A stretch of DNA of 64,000 nucleotides from Histomonas meleagridis 2922-C6/04-290x. Taxonomy: Eukaryota > Protista > Parabasalia. The translations under genes and the position numbers were made by a program. Every line of letters begins with the position of its first letter. The first letter of the stretch is position 1. A model generated the notes under the pieces. It was not told the origin of the DNA. It saw only the letters and a program-made list of their open reading frames with translations, and did no database searches. This document shows, piece after piece, positions 12,010 through 22,353 of the stretch. Location: positions 744,001 to 808,000 of the forward strand of contig JAANOX010000205.1 of NCBI GenBank assembly GCA_020184695.1. The letters are read 5' to 3'.

Positions 12010-12651
12010 ATGGCTTGCTGCAAAAACTTTGCAACCTTCCTCATAGTCATTGCAAACCTTGCAATTTTAATTGCAGTCGTTATCGCTGCTGTCATCATCT
12101 ACAGGAATGCAGATATCTCTCTTTGGGTTGATCTCATCAAATCAAACATTCCATTCATCTTCATCCTCGTCGTTGCTGCTTTCGCTGTTGTTTCATCAAT
12201 TATTGGTTTCCTCTTCTGGTGCTGCCACAAACACAAATGCTGGACAATCACATATCTCGTTCTCGTACTTATCGTTATCATCCTCGAAGTTGTTGCTGTT
12301 GTTTTAGCTTACTTATATCCAGATACAATCTTCAACCAAATTGAAGAAAACTGGGGTCAAGAAGGATTCCTCAATGCAACACAAATCTTTGAAGCCAGCT
12401 TCAAATGCTGTGGATTCAGATCATACAATAAACAAAACCACACTTATCAATGTGGATATGTTAACTACACTGGCAGCGAGAACGAAACATGCTACAACAA
12501 AATTAAGGATACAGTTAATGAAAACTTTGACAGCTTGAAGATCGCAGTTATCGTTTTAATTGTTCTCGAATTTATCCTCTTAATCTGCTCCATTGTTGTT
12601 TCTTGCAAGTGCAAGGGCAGCTCATCTGGTGGAATCACCAACTTCAAATAA
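12010..12651 (+). CDS. Tetraspanin
   Basis: Four hydrophobic segments, CCG motif in the large loop, Cys-rich termini. Confidence 0.9.
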   Translation: MACCKNFATFLIVIANLAILIAVVIAAVIIYRNADISLWVDLIKSNIPFIFILVVAAFAVVSSIIGFLFWCCHKHKCWTITYLVLVLIVIILEVVAVVLAYLYPDTIFNQIEENWGQEGFLNATQIFEASFKCCGFRSYNKQNHTYQCGYVNYTGSENETCYNKIKDTVNENFDSLKIAVIVLIVLEFILLICSIVVSCKCKGSSSGGITNFK

Positions 12652-12870
12652 ATTTTCCATCTGATTTAATTTACACTTTTTAAAAAGAAAATTTTTCTAT
12701 TTCTAAGCTTTATATCAACGGTGAATTTCCTCTTTTGTTGACCTTTTTCATCATAAAGTTATCTTTTTCTCGCGAATTCTTGTGTTGATTTGACTTTTCT
12801 GTTCTTTTCAGATAAAATTGTGACGAAAACAACGATGAAAAAATAAAATTAAAAAATTATTTGTTATTAT

Positions 12871-13590
12871 TTAGATCATTCTAAGGACGAGGGCGTCAAT
12901 TAAGTTTTCGCGGTTTCCAAAGTCTCCCCCTTCGACGTAGTGGCGTCTTGGCTGACGGAATCCACCTTTTGGTGTGTTAAGTTGGAATGGCCAAAGGAAC
13001 CTATTAGCAACTGTAAAGTTGGGTCCACAGGTATAGATTTCATGTGCGACATCTTCTACTGATTCAATACCAAACTTGCCTAATGTAGCATATACAATTT
13101 CATTTGTTGTAAGTGGAAGACGTTGGCCATTGACTGACGCAAATCCACGTTCGAAGATTAACTTACGAACAACTTCTGGTGATGGATAACCATAAGCAAC
13201 ATATGGTTCAACGCGTTTAAGCATTTCAATTGATGCCTTGTTAAGACGAACAAAGACAGCATTGAGTCTTTGACGAAGACGGAAAAGTTGGAGGATCTTT
13301 CTTGTTTGTGGTGCAATTCCATTAAGACCACGGATACGAATTACAAGAGCAACCTTTGCTTCAGCTGGAACATAGAAAGCGCCATCTGCAGCAGCTTTAT
13401 TTTTGGCTTCTATGATAGCCTTTTCATTAGCAAGAAGTTCTTGAGCATATTGCTTTGATCGTGCTAAGATACGTTCAGCGCGTTCTTTTGCTTCTTGTGC
13501 AAGAGCATCACGCTTCTTAGTGTATTCAGCAGATTCTTTTTGCTTACGCTCTTGGATTTTCCTTAGTGTTTCTGGTAATGGCTTCGACAT
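12871..13590 (-). CDS. RPL7: 60S ribosomal protein L7 (uL30)
   Basis: FYVPAEAKVALVIRIRG, LRLRQ, GGDFGNRE. True ATG at 13590 (the track start is an upstream alternative codon). Confidence 0.95.
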   Translation of the reverse strand: MSKPLPETLRKIQERKQKESAEYTKKRDALAQEAKERAERILARSKQYAQELLANEKAIIEAKNKAAADGAFYVPAEAKVALVIRIRGLNGIAPQTRKILQLFRLRQRLNAVFVRLNKASIEMLKRVEPYVAYGYPSPEVVRKLIFERGFASVNGQRLPLTTNEIVYATLGKFGIESVEDVAHEIYTCGPNFTVANRFLWPFQLNTPKGGFRQPRRHYVEGGDFGNRENLIDALVLRMI

Positions 13591-13595
13591 CAGTA

Positions 13596-13614
13596 AAAGG
13601 CCGACCAAAACCGC
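13596..13614 (-). promoter_or_regulatory. M3 (GCGGTT) + M5 (CCTTT) core promoter of RPL7
   Basis: Minus strand reads GCGGTTTTGGTCGGCCTTTTACTG-ATG; matches motifs described for T. vaginalis ribosomal-protein genes. Confidence 0.7.
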
Positions 13615-13687
13615 CTTGAGTACGTTAAAAAATGCTTTGAAAAAAAAAGATATTTATACTTTAATATTAACTATATTATGTGGACCT

Positions 13688-14215
13688 CTATTCGATTTGA
13701 TGATATTTCTCAAAAGCACCAACAACCGCCATACATTGATTTAATGGATTCAATGGATATTTCGAAAAACATGCGTGCGTATACTGTCCACGACTATCGT
13801 TGAGTGAAAGACAGAGAAGAACAGATTCATTTGCAATAGTATTTGGATCAATAACTTTATTTGCATGTGGAGATACTGTGAAACGACATTTGGGAATTCC
13901 TGTCATCGAATTTTTTATAGTTAACAGATTTGTTCTGCCTGATTTTACACCTTCACCTCTAAATAATTGCTTTAATGAATGACGAAAATCTTTTAATGAA
14001 GAAGAAACACTAAAAAGAGGTGAAACTTCTATAATTACTTCTTTGGCTTCAAGGTAGAAGCGTATTTTCCCGCATTGCCATAAACTTGTTTTATTCATGC
14101 TGTATAGAATTTCATGAGCAAAATCAAGTTGAGCCAAGTGAGGGAGTTTCCCGTCATCTGTAAGTGCTACGTCTGAAAGATCAATTGTTATATAAAGAAT
14201 TGATGGATTAGCCAT
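13688..14215 (-). CDS. EMG1: Divergent Emg1/Nep1-like SPOUT rRNA methyltransferase
   Basis: IRFYLEAKEVIIEVSP, LLTIKN and C-terminal FSKYPLN...C..VVGAFEK.HQI resemble Nep1; the RPDI motif is not recognisable. Confidence 0.55.
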   Translation of the reverse strand: MANPSILYITIDLSDVALTDDGKLPHLAQLDFAHEILYSMNKTSLWQCGKIRFYLEAKEVIIEVSPLFSVSSSLKDFRHSLKQLFRGEGVKSGRTNLLTIKNSMTGIPKCRFTVSPHANKVIDPNTIANESVLLCLSLNDSRGQYTHACFSKYPLNPLNQCMAVVGAFEKYHQIE

Positions 14216-14278
14216 TTGTTGGTGTCACTTTTGCCTTTGCCTTTGGCTGTTTAAGAAAAATAAACCATTGAAATCATA

Positions 14279-15154
14279 ATGCTTTCAGTTTTCATATTGC
14301 AATGCAGATTTATTCCAATGCAATGGGCTACAACACCAAATGCTAATGACACATTTCATAAATTTGCATGTAAAGGGTGGTCTTGTTTCCAAAATAGTTA
14401 TTTAAAACATCAAGAAGATGAATTTAATGAAATCATTGAAATGTTTCAAAATTATACAATTAACGAAACTTTCCCAGCCAAGCTATTTTCTCTTTTGGAT
14501 AGAGGTTATGAGCCAGCATATTGTGCAATTGGTCTATTCGAAATGATTGGATTTGGTTACTTTGAGAAAAACTTAACATCTTCCTATAACAACCTAATTG
14601 AAGGATCTAAAAAGGGTATGTGGTCATGTAATGAAGCTCTTTCATTCCATCCATTTGGAAATAAAAATTATACCAAAATTGCAGCTTCTCAAGGAGCAAT
14701 TTGGTCCATGTTCCGCTTATCCCTCGAAACTTCCAATGCAACTGAATCACTTGATCTTTTGATGCATCTTGCAACAATTTCATCATATTATTGGTGGAAA
14801 AGAAGACTTTCTGGACCTGAATATTCGGATGCAATATCAGTAATTTTAGGTCTTACTTATGGTGACAAAGCAAAAGCATGGAAAATTTTGGAAAGATTAA
14901 CTGATGAAGGAAATCTGCCATCAGCAATATGGAAAGCTGAAGGTTTGCGCACAGGTGAAATTGGAAGAGTCAATGTAACCGAGGCTATTGAGACGCTAAA
15001 ACCTTTTATATCAAGCTCACGATGGATGATTGATTTGAATGGAGCAATTAAGTCAAATGATAAATTTGACCTGAAAATGGTAATTGAAATTTCATCGCTT
15101 CTTGGGAACTCGAATGCGAAGGCTTTGTTATCTTTTCCTTATTTGTTTGAATAA
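14279..15154 (+). CDS. Secreted/ER protein with Sel1-like repeats
   Basis: Short hydrophobic N-terminus; A..G...A...LG-like helical repeats (GYEPAYCAIG, AASQGAIWSM, EGNLPSAIWKA). Confidence 0.45.
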   Translation: MLSVFILQCRFIPMQWATTPNANDTFHKFACKGWSCFQNSYLKHQEDEFNEIIEMFQNYTINETFPAKLFSLLDRGYEPAYCAIGLFEMIGFGYFEKNLTSSYNNLIEGSKKGMWSCNEALSFHPFGNKNYTKIAASQGAIWSMFRLSLETSNATESLDLLMHLATISSYYWWKRRLSGPEYSDAISVILGLTYGDKAKAWKILERLTDEGNLPSAIWKAEGLRTGEIGRVNVTEAIETLKPFISSSRWMIDLNGAIKSNDKFDLKMVIEISSLLGNSNAKALLSFPYLFE

Positions 15155-15327
15155 ATATTGTTTACATTCTACAACTACAATTGTTCAACTTTTAAAGAGA
15201 AAACAATTAATTAATGGAAATGATTTCTTTACAAATGGTTAACAAACGAAAAAAACAATTTTTGAAAAAAATTAAATGGTGAAAAAGAGAAATGATATTT
15301 GAAATATATGACATAAGTCAAAAGCAC

Positions 15328-15699
15328 TCATTCTAGTTCAGGAACGGGAATCCAAGAAATATTAAAATGCTCAAAGATATCAAATTTCTCTTTTGGATAT
15401 ATGAATTGTGGTTCAGCTGCTGACCCAAGTGATTCACCTCCTTCTGGTATTTCTTTTGGCGTAACGTATTCTAATGAAGCAAATTTAGTTGTTCCAGGAA
15501 GTTGGATGTGAATTCTTGAAGGATCATATTTAGGGATTGGTTCTTCATCATTAACTTCTACATCAATGTCAACGTCATCAATTTCGAACTTATGTTGTTT
15601 ATTCAACGCAGCAAGAGCCTTTTGATCTAACCAATTTTCCACCACTTTAAAAATGAGGTGCCCCACAAAGAAGAAAACATGTAAAACATCAGCAAACAT
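15328..15699 (-). CDS. Small hypothetical protein with hydrophobic N-terminus
   Basis: 123-aa ATG ORF with coding-like composition. Confidence 0.6.
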   Translation of the reverse strand: MFADVLHVFFFVGHLIFKVVENWLDQKALAALNKQHKFEIDDVDIDVEVNDEEPIPKYDPSRIHIQLPGTTKFASLEYVTPKEIPEGGESLGSAAEPQFIYPKEKFDIFEHFNISWIPVPELE

Positions 15700-15948
15700 G
15701 GAAATTTGTTTTGATCAATGTTTTTATTTATTCTCACTTGTATTTATTTTAAATTTTGAAATTCATGTTATAATTTAAATCAAAAAATATATTTAATACC
15801 CATGTATATTTTTTAACATATACTAAAAATGAATAATTAGAACTAAGTGGCTATTTGTTTAATTTCGAAAAAAGCAAAATCAAGATGCTTATTCATTTCT
15901 TTATTGCTCGTCTATATTTTCACTATGTTTGTTTGAGAAAAATGGGAA

Positions 15949-16566
15949 ATGTTCGAGGGCGAAACATCCTTTCCATCAATATTAAGTAAAATAATTTTGT
16001 TTTCAGAATTTATGACAATTGTTTTAGCTTCAGCGCAAGACCCAAACACTCAAATTTTAATACTTGATATACTTCAAACATTTTTCTGTTGGCCATCTAA
16101 ATTTCAGGGATTTCTTATTTTTGTTTTGACGTATTCTATGCGCAGTATTGAAAGAATATTGGGAACAACGTCTTTTCTGATATTTTTAATATACAATTTA
16201 ATTTGTTTTATTCCAGTGTTTTTATTGGTTATGCACTTTGAAGGAGCAACCCACCATTTCCCATTTTTGCTTTTTATCCCATTTTCTCTTTTCATTTATT
16301 CACTTTTCAATATACCCTCCACCTTCATTCATTTTCCCCTCACAGATAAAACTTTGGTGTGTATGATAATGTTCCTTTTTATTCTTCACCACATATTACC
16401 TTATGTATTAACTTTAATTTCTGTATCATTTGGAAACTTTTTTTGGAATATTGACCTATTCAAGATGCGTTTTTTGTTAACAGGACATAGGGAAAGATCT
16501 CAAACAGAATCACAAGAAAGACTTATAATTGATGATCAACATGATGAACAAGAAGCAGAGCCATAA
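15949..16566 (+). CDS. Multi-pass membrane protein, rhomboid-like/UBAC2-Der1-type fold (tentative)
   Basis: Several TM segments and a YSMRSIERILG (R..ER..G) motif. Confidence 0.45.
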   Translation: MFEGETSFPSILSKIILFSEFMTIVLASAQDPNTQILILDILQTFFCWPSKFQGFLIFVLTYSMRSIERILGTTSFLIFLIYNLICFIPVFLLVMHFEGATHHFPFLLFIPFSLFIYSLFNIPSTFIHFPLTDKTLVCMIMFLFILHHILPYVLTLISVSFGNFFWNIDLFKMRFLLTGHRERSQTESQERLIIDDQHDEQEAEP

Positions 16567-16794
16567 ATTTCCAAACAATTACTTCACCGAAAATAATCAA
16601 TTTAAATGCTTTGCTTGCATCAAAATTGATTTTTTTACGATTAGGTCAATCACTATTTTTTTTTTTAATTTATATAAAACTATACATTCTTTCATTTATT
16701 TTTTTTTGTGAATTTGAAACAAATATTCCAATGTTTGTCTCATTTTTTGGTATCTTTAAAGAGAAACAAATTTCAATAACTTATCTAAAAGTGT

Positions 16795-17469
16795 ATGAAA
16801 CGACCGTTAATATCCCAAGCGACCACAGATTTGATGGATTCTGATCTTCAATATTTTCTTTCTTTTAGTCAATATGTAGATGAAAATTTAATTAAAAACT
16901 TATCAAGTGAAAAAACAAAAGAATCATCTCAGCAAACAAAATCTAATAAAAAGAAACAAATCAAAGAAAAGAAGCCAAAGGAGCGCAAAATTAAAACAGT
17001 TACATTGGATGCTGCTGATATACCAATAGAACCTGAGGAAGAAAACAATAATCAACAAGAAGAACAGTCCGGATATTCAGAAAGTGAAACGGAAACTACA
17101 AAAGAATCATCTAAGCCACAATATCAATTTTCTAAACTTGATCTCCCGGTTCAAGTCAGTACTTCTATGAAGAAAGGCAAAAATAAATATCAAAAATTAA
17201 GAGAAGCCACAAAGCGTGAAAAACTAGAAGCTGCTGACCCTGAGGCTGCAGCATGGAACAAAGCTAAGATAGCAGCTGAAGGAGGAAAGGTTGATCCAAA
17301 TGCAGCACAAATTCGTAAGAGCATCAAGAAAGAAAAGAAGATGAAACAAAAGAAGTATGAAAAGAAGCTTGAAAGGGCCCAAAAGCTTGAGAAAATGGCT
17401 AATAATAAAAACAAACCAAAGGGAGGAAAGAAGAACAAACGTCCTTCATTTAACAAAAAACGCAAATAA
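16795..17469 (+). CDS. SURF6: SURF6/Rrp14-like nucleolar protein
   Basis: Lys-rich; AWNKAKIAAEGGKVD...IRKSIKKEKK resembles the SURF6 C-terminal core. Confidence 0.6.
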   Translation: MKRPLISQATTDLMDSDLQYFLSFSQYVDENLIKNLSSEKTKESSQQTKSNKKKQIKEKKPKERKIKTVTLDAADIPIEPEEENNNQQEEQSGYSESETETTKESSKPQYQFSKLDLPVQVSTSMKKGKNKYQKLREATKREKLEAADPEAAAWNKAKIAAEGGKVDPNAAQIRKSIKKEKKMKQKKYEKKLERAQKLEKMANNKNKPKGGKKNKRPSFNKKRK

Positions 17470-17744
17470 TGAAATAAATTCTCAGTGTACAAGTAAAATA
17501 ATTTTGTTGATGTTAGTGTTCTTCGATAAGATTTTAAAAACTGTAAAATGAGATATTAATTAAAGTTTGAAAACATTGCAATTTAAAAACTCAAATAAAT
17601 TTTTTGCCGAACATAAACATAAGGAGTAAGCTTAAATAAACTTGATATTGAAGTATTGATGATAAATTTTAAGGATGAAAAAATTCTTTGCTGAAACAAA
17701 ACCGTTTATTATAACCGTTTTATTTAACGTACAAGCTAACAAGA

Positions 17745-18875
17745 ATGGAAGAAGAGGAAGAAAACCAAATTTTTAATTTTAAAGAACCAAACCTCATGCA
17801 AAAAATCGAAAATGCGATAAAATATAGCTCATCAGATTCAAGTGATTCTTTTGATCATTCTTTTGAAAATACAACTTTGGCAAATGATTTCCCTGATTCA
17901 TTTGTTTTAGATAAAGAAATACAAGAAGAATCCTCTAATACAAGTGATATTTCGTATGAAGATTTCAAACATTTATATAATAAAATAATGCGACAAAAAA
18001 AATTAATAGAATATCACAAAAAGCATATTCAAATGGAATATGATTGGATACAAAAAGAAAAAGCAAGAATCGCAAAAATGAAAAAAGAAACAGAAAAACA
18101 AGTTAATGTAATTGAAAATTCAAATAAAGTTTGTGCAAATTGCCAACATCTCAAAGATGAATATGAACAAGAGAAAGCTCAATGGGCAATAGAAAAGAAA
18201 GAACTTCTCTTACGTATACAAGCACTTCAATCATTTCTTTCATCTGATCTTGAATCCAAGAAAGTAACCAAAACTTATGATGAGAATGCCAAAAGTTCAA
18301 AGAAGCATTATAAAACTAAATATGAAGTACACCAATTAAAGAAAGAAAAAAACCCTAAATCACAAAAAAAGATTCCACGCAAATCACCAATCAAATACCA
18401 AATAACTCCAATTGTTGATAATATTCCAAATGTTTATAATCATACAAAAAAGCAAAAGATAATATTTCCTATTGAAAAACAACATCTTGACTTCAAATTG
18501 AAACTTAATCAACCAACAACAGAAGAAATTAAGCCTAATGGTCAAATTGTTAGAAAGTATCGAAATGGAACAACAGAAATACAGTACAAAGATGGAACAA
18601 GAAAAGTCTGGTGTGGAAATGTTAATTATATTTTCTATACGAATGGAGATATCGAAAAAGAATTTGAAGATGGAGTTAAAAGTTACAAGTTCAAAGAAAC
18701 AGGTACTGTTGAAATATCAAATTTAAATAATTCCACAATTTATGTATTTTCAAATGGCCAAAAGGAGATGCACGATATGAATGGAGAAATATCAATTCAA
18801 TTTCCAAATGGTCATACTAAAATATTTAACCCATTATTTGATACAGATTCTTCTTCTGAAAAATCTATAGAATAA
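17745..18875 (+). CDS. Centriolar SAS-4/CPAP-like protein (coiled coil + Tcp10_C G-box)
   Basis: Repeated x-NG/DG beta-hairpins (KPNGQ, YRNGT, YKDGT, YTNGD, FSNGQ, FPNGH) after a coiled coil. Confidence 0.75.
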   Translation: MEEEEENQIFNFKEPNLMQKIENAIKYSSSDSSDSFDHSFENTTLANDFPDSFVLDKEIQEESSNTSDISYEDFKHLYNKIMRQKKLIEYHKKHIQMEYDWIQKEKARIAKMKKETEKQVNVIENSNKVCANCQHLKDEYEQEKAQWAIEKKELLLRIQALQSFLSSDLESKKVTKTYDENAKSSKKHYKTKYEVHQLKKEKNPKSQKKIPRKSPIKYQITPIVDNIPNVYNHTKKQKIIFPIEKQHLDFKLKLNQPTTEEIKPNGQIVRKYRNGTTEIQYKDGTRKVWCGNVNYIFYTNGDIEKEFEDGVKSYKFKETGTVEISNLNNSTIYVFSNGQKEMHDMNGEISIQFPNGHTKIFNPLFDTDSSSEKSIE

Positions 18876-18956
18876 TGAATTTAAATGTTTTTATTTCTTG
18901 GAAAAAATAAAATGTTTTTATTAACAGATAAATTTTTATTTTCATATAACATTTCT

Positions 18957-18985
18957 AACGGTTTTGACGGTTTGGTCCTGCCTTT
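18957..18985 (+). promoter_or_regulatory. M3 (ACGGTT x2) + M5 (CCTTT) core promoter of RPL8
   Basis: AACGGTTTTGACGGTTTGGTCCTGCCTTTTAGGA-ATG. Confidence 0.7.
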
Positions 18986-18990
18986 TAGGA

Positions 18991-19749
18991 ATGGGTCATA
19001 TCATCCGTGCACAACGTAAAGGTAATGGTAATGTTTTCCGTGCCCACACACACCACAGGAAAGGCGCTGCCAAGTTCATGCCATTAACAGCTGCTCAAAG
19101 ATCTGCTCAAATTGTTGGTGTTGTCAAAGACATCATCCACGATCCAGGAAGAGGTGCACCACTTGCCCAACTTGTTTTCCAAAAGTCTGGTAAAGCAGGT
19201 CTTGAAAGGCATCTTGTTATCGCTCCAGAAGGTATCCACACCGGTCAATTAATCCAAGTTGGTTCCACAGCCTCCCTTCATGTCGGTAACATTCTCCCAC
19301 TCGGCCAAATCCCAGAGGGTGCTGAAGTTTGCAATGTTGAACATCATCCAGGAGATGGCGGTCGTTATGGCCGTTGCTCAGGCGATTCATGCCGTGTCAT
19401 CACACACAATGATGATGGTTACACACGTGTCCAACTTCCATCCGGTCGTAAAGTCGTTGTTTCCAGCAACTGCCGCGCATATCTTGGAGTTGTATCTGGT
19501 GGTGGTCGTCTCGAAAAGCCACTCCTTAAGGCCGGTACAGTTGCCCACAAATACGCAGCCAAGAGGAAGGCATGGCCAGTTGTCCGTGGTACAGCAATGA
19601 ACCCAGTCGATCACCCATACGGTGGTGGTTCACATCAACACATCGGTAAGCCATCAACAGTCTCTCGTAACGCTCGTCCAGGTCAAAAGGTTGGTCTCGT
19701 TGCAGCTCGTCGTACTGGTCGCAGGAGGGGTACAATCTCAGTCGTCTAA
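18991..19749 (+). CDS. RPL8: 60S ribosomal protein L8 (uL2)
   Basis: [42 protein letters not shown] at 18991. Confidence 0.97.
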   Translation: MGHIIRAQRKGNGNVFRAHTHHRKGAAKFMPLTAAQRSAQIVGVVKDIIHDPGRGAPLAQLVFQKSGKAGLERHLVIAPEGIHTGQLIQVGSTASLHVGNILPLGQIPEGAEVCNVEHHPGDGGRYGRCSGDSCRVITHNDDGYTRVQLPSGRKVVVSSNCRAYLGVVSGGGRLEKPLLKAGTVAHKYAAKRKAWPVVRGTAMNPVDHPYGGGSHQHIGKPSTVSRNARPGQKVGLVAARRTGRRRGTISVV

Positions 19750-20030
19750 ACAACAAAGCAAATTTTTTAATATATATGTTATTTCATGGTGAAAAGTGAA
19801 AATTTTGGAAATCTTTATACACTGCTTAAGATCTATTGGTACGACTGGATGTTTTTGAAAAATAAAAAATATGCACAGGACGTGTCAAGATTGAGGTTCG
19901 TTATAATGTAGAACCAACACATATGGTTCGAAATCAATTTTGTAACAAGAAATTCATGTTTTTATGTGAGAAATTTAATAAACTTTTTGATAATGTAAAG
20001 CAGTGAAATTTCAAAAGTTTATTTTTTTAA

Positions 20031-22353
20031 ATGAATCAAAATCAAACAGCAACAACAAACCAGAAATCACAAAATGAATGGGAAACATTTGCAGAGCTCG
20101 AAAACATAATCTTTGGTTTGAATATAGATAATTTTGCTCAATCATCAAATTTTATTATCAGCAAATTTTGTAAAGAATATCCAATATCTTATGATATCAT
20201 TATATGCCGAATGATATATACATCTCTTCTGATTAATAGTAATAATTTTGATATATATTTGAGATTATTACAAGAAATTGAAAAATATGAAGAAAATAAT
20301 AAAATCAACTCAAAAATAATAAATTTATTTTCTCAATTTCTACTTAAAAAAAACACACAAGAATCATTTCATTTACTTAATTACATGATTGAGCATAATT
20401 TACTTGAATCAAAAATCATACAAAATATAAGTGAACCATTTTTTGTTCATATTAATCAAGATAAACCAGATAAATATGAATATTCATTTGATCAAGAAAA
20501 TATTGCTTATGAAGAACTATCAAAGAATGATTTTGCACTTCATAAGCAATTAATTGAAGAAGAACATAATCCGAATAAAATTGCAAAAATAATTCGAGAT
20601 GATGAAATCGAAAAACTTCAAGAAATGTCATCACAAACAAATTTTGATTTTACTCAAACAATTCCAAAATCAATTTATGAAAGATGTTCATTTATTAATC
20701 AAAAAAATGTTACATTAATTGATTATGCAGCATTTTTTGGATCAATTAAATGTTTTAAGTATTTACTTATGAATGGTGCAAATGTGGAATACACAGGTAA
20801 ATATGCAGTTGCAGGCGGAAATGAAGAAATCATTCATTTATGTGAACAAAATCATTCATCATTTGAAGATGCATATGAAACAGCAATTATGTTTCATCGA
20901 AATGAAATTTTTAAATATATTTATGAAAATAAAATTGAAGATATTAACATTTTAAAAAAATTAGGAAAAAAATGCGTTTCATGTTTTAATTATGAAATTT
21001 TTACATATTTAGAAAAAGAAGGAATGAAAATTAATGAAAATATCATTAACGAAGCAGCAAAAATTGGAAATATTTTTCTTGTAAAATATTTCATTAAAAA
21101 TAATCATCTTCCAGAAAATATTCTAGTTTTTGCTTCATTTTCAGGAAATATTGAACTTTTTACATACATTTTAAAGCAAGAAGGAATTGATTTTAATGCT
21201 AAAGATATTTATTTGTATTATTTAGAATTTATTTTAATAATTTAATATTACAAAATAATATTTGGAAATTATTTGAATTATTTAAAACAGCACTTATTTG
21301 TGCATCTGAAAATGGTCATACAGAAATAGTTAAATTACTTCTTGAACAAGAAGGAATTGATATTAATGCTAAAGGTATTTATTTGTTTTATTTGATATTT
21401 ATTTTAATAATTTTATATTCCAAAATAATATTTGGAAATTATTTAAATTATTTAAAACAGCACTTATTTGTGCATCTGAAAATGGTCATACAGAAATCGT
21501 TCAATTACTTCTTGAACAAGAAGGAATTGATATTAATGCTAAAGATAAAATTTATTTTAATAATTTGATATTTCAAAATAATATTTGGAAATCATTTAAA
21601 TTATTTCAAACAGCACTTATATTAGCATCTAGATATGGTCATACAGAAATCGTTCAATTACTTCTTGAACAAGAAGGAATTGATATTAATGCTAAAAATA
21701 TTTATTTGTTTTATTTAGAATTTATTTTAATAATTTTATATTCCAAAATAATATTTGGAAATTATTTATATTATTTTGGACAGCACTTATTTGTGCATCT
21801 GTAAAAGGTTATACAGAAATCGTTCAATTACTTCTTGAACAAGAAGGAATTGATATTAATGCTAAAAATATTTATTTGTTTTATTTGATATTTATTTTAA
21901 TAATTTTATATTCCAAAATAATATTTGGAAATTATTTATATTATTTAATAATGCACTTATGATTGCATCTTCAAATAGTCATACAGAAATCGTTCAATTA
22001 CTTCTTGAACAAGAAGGAATTGATATTAATGCTAAAAATATTTATTTGTATTATTTAGAATTTATTTTAATAATTTTATATTCCAAAATAATATTTGGAA
22101 ATTATTTGAATTATTTAAAACAGCACTTATTTGTGCATCTGAAAATGGTCATACAGAAATCGTTCAATTACTTCTTGAACAAGAAGGAATTGATATTAAT
22201 GCTAAAGATAAAATTTATTTTAATAATTTGATATTTCAAAATAATATTTGGAAATTATTTAAATTTTTCGAAACAGCATATGCATCTGCAAATAGGAGTG
22301 GTCACGATGAAATCGTTAAATTACTTTTAGAAAGGACATGCTCGACTAAATAA
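20031..22353 (+). CDS. DUF3447-ankyrin repeat protein, interrupted by 7 intron-like inserts
   Basis: N-terminal DUF3447-type region (TLIDYAAFFGSIKCFKYL, AVAGGNEEIIHLCEQ), then 90-nt ankyrin segments (TALICASENGHTEIVKLLLEQEGIDINAKD) separated by linkers. Removing 5x68 + 2x51 nt gives a 626-aa open frame ending at TAA 22351-22353. Exact junctions inferred. Confidence 0.7.
21207..22272 (+). repeat. Tandem array: 90-nt ankyrin segment + 80/63-nt AT-rich linker
   Basis: Linkers at 21207-21286, 21377-21456, 21547-21609 (63 nt), 21700-21779, 21870-21949, 22040-22119, 22210-22272 (63 nt). Confidence 0.9.

Noticed and set aside
19925-19935. tRNA T-loop-like GGTTCGAAATC
   Set aside because: No acceptor, D or anticodon arms can be built around it.
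21215-21225. 11-nt GTATTATTTAG micro-intron restoring frame
   Set aside because: Present in only some copies, implausibly short, leaves a 23-aa hydrophobic insert, and cannot bypass the stops in locus 2.
21375-21460. Canonical GT..AG splice (AAG/GTATTT...ACAG/CA) in linker 2
   Set aside because: GT occurs at this position in only 2 of 15 copies, the AG belongs to Thr-Ala codons and is absent in several copies, and the product would delete conserved D and T residues.
21207-22272. CRISPR-like regular repeat/spacer appearance of the ankyrin arrays
   Set aside because: The conserved units are 90-nt ankyrin-coding segments, the linkers are homologous to each other, and there are no cas genes; the context is eukaryotic.
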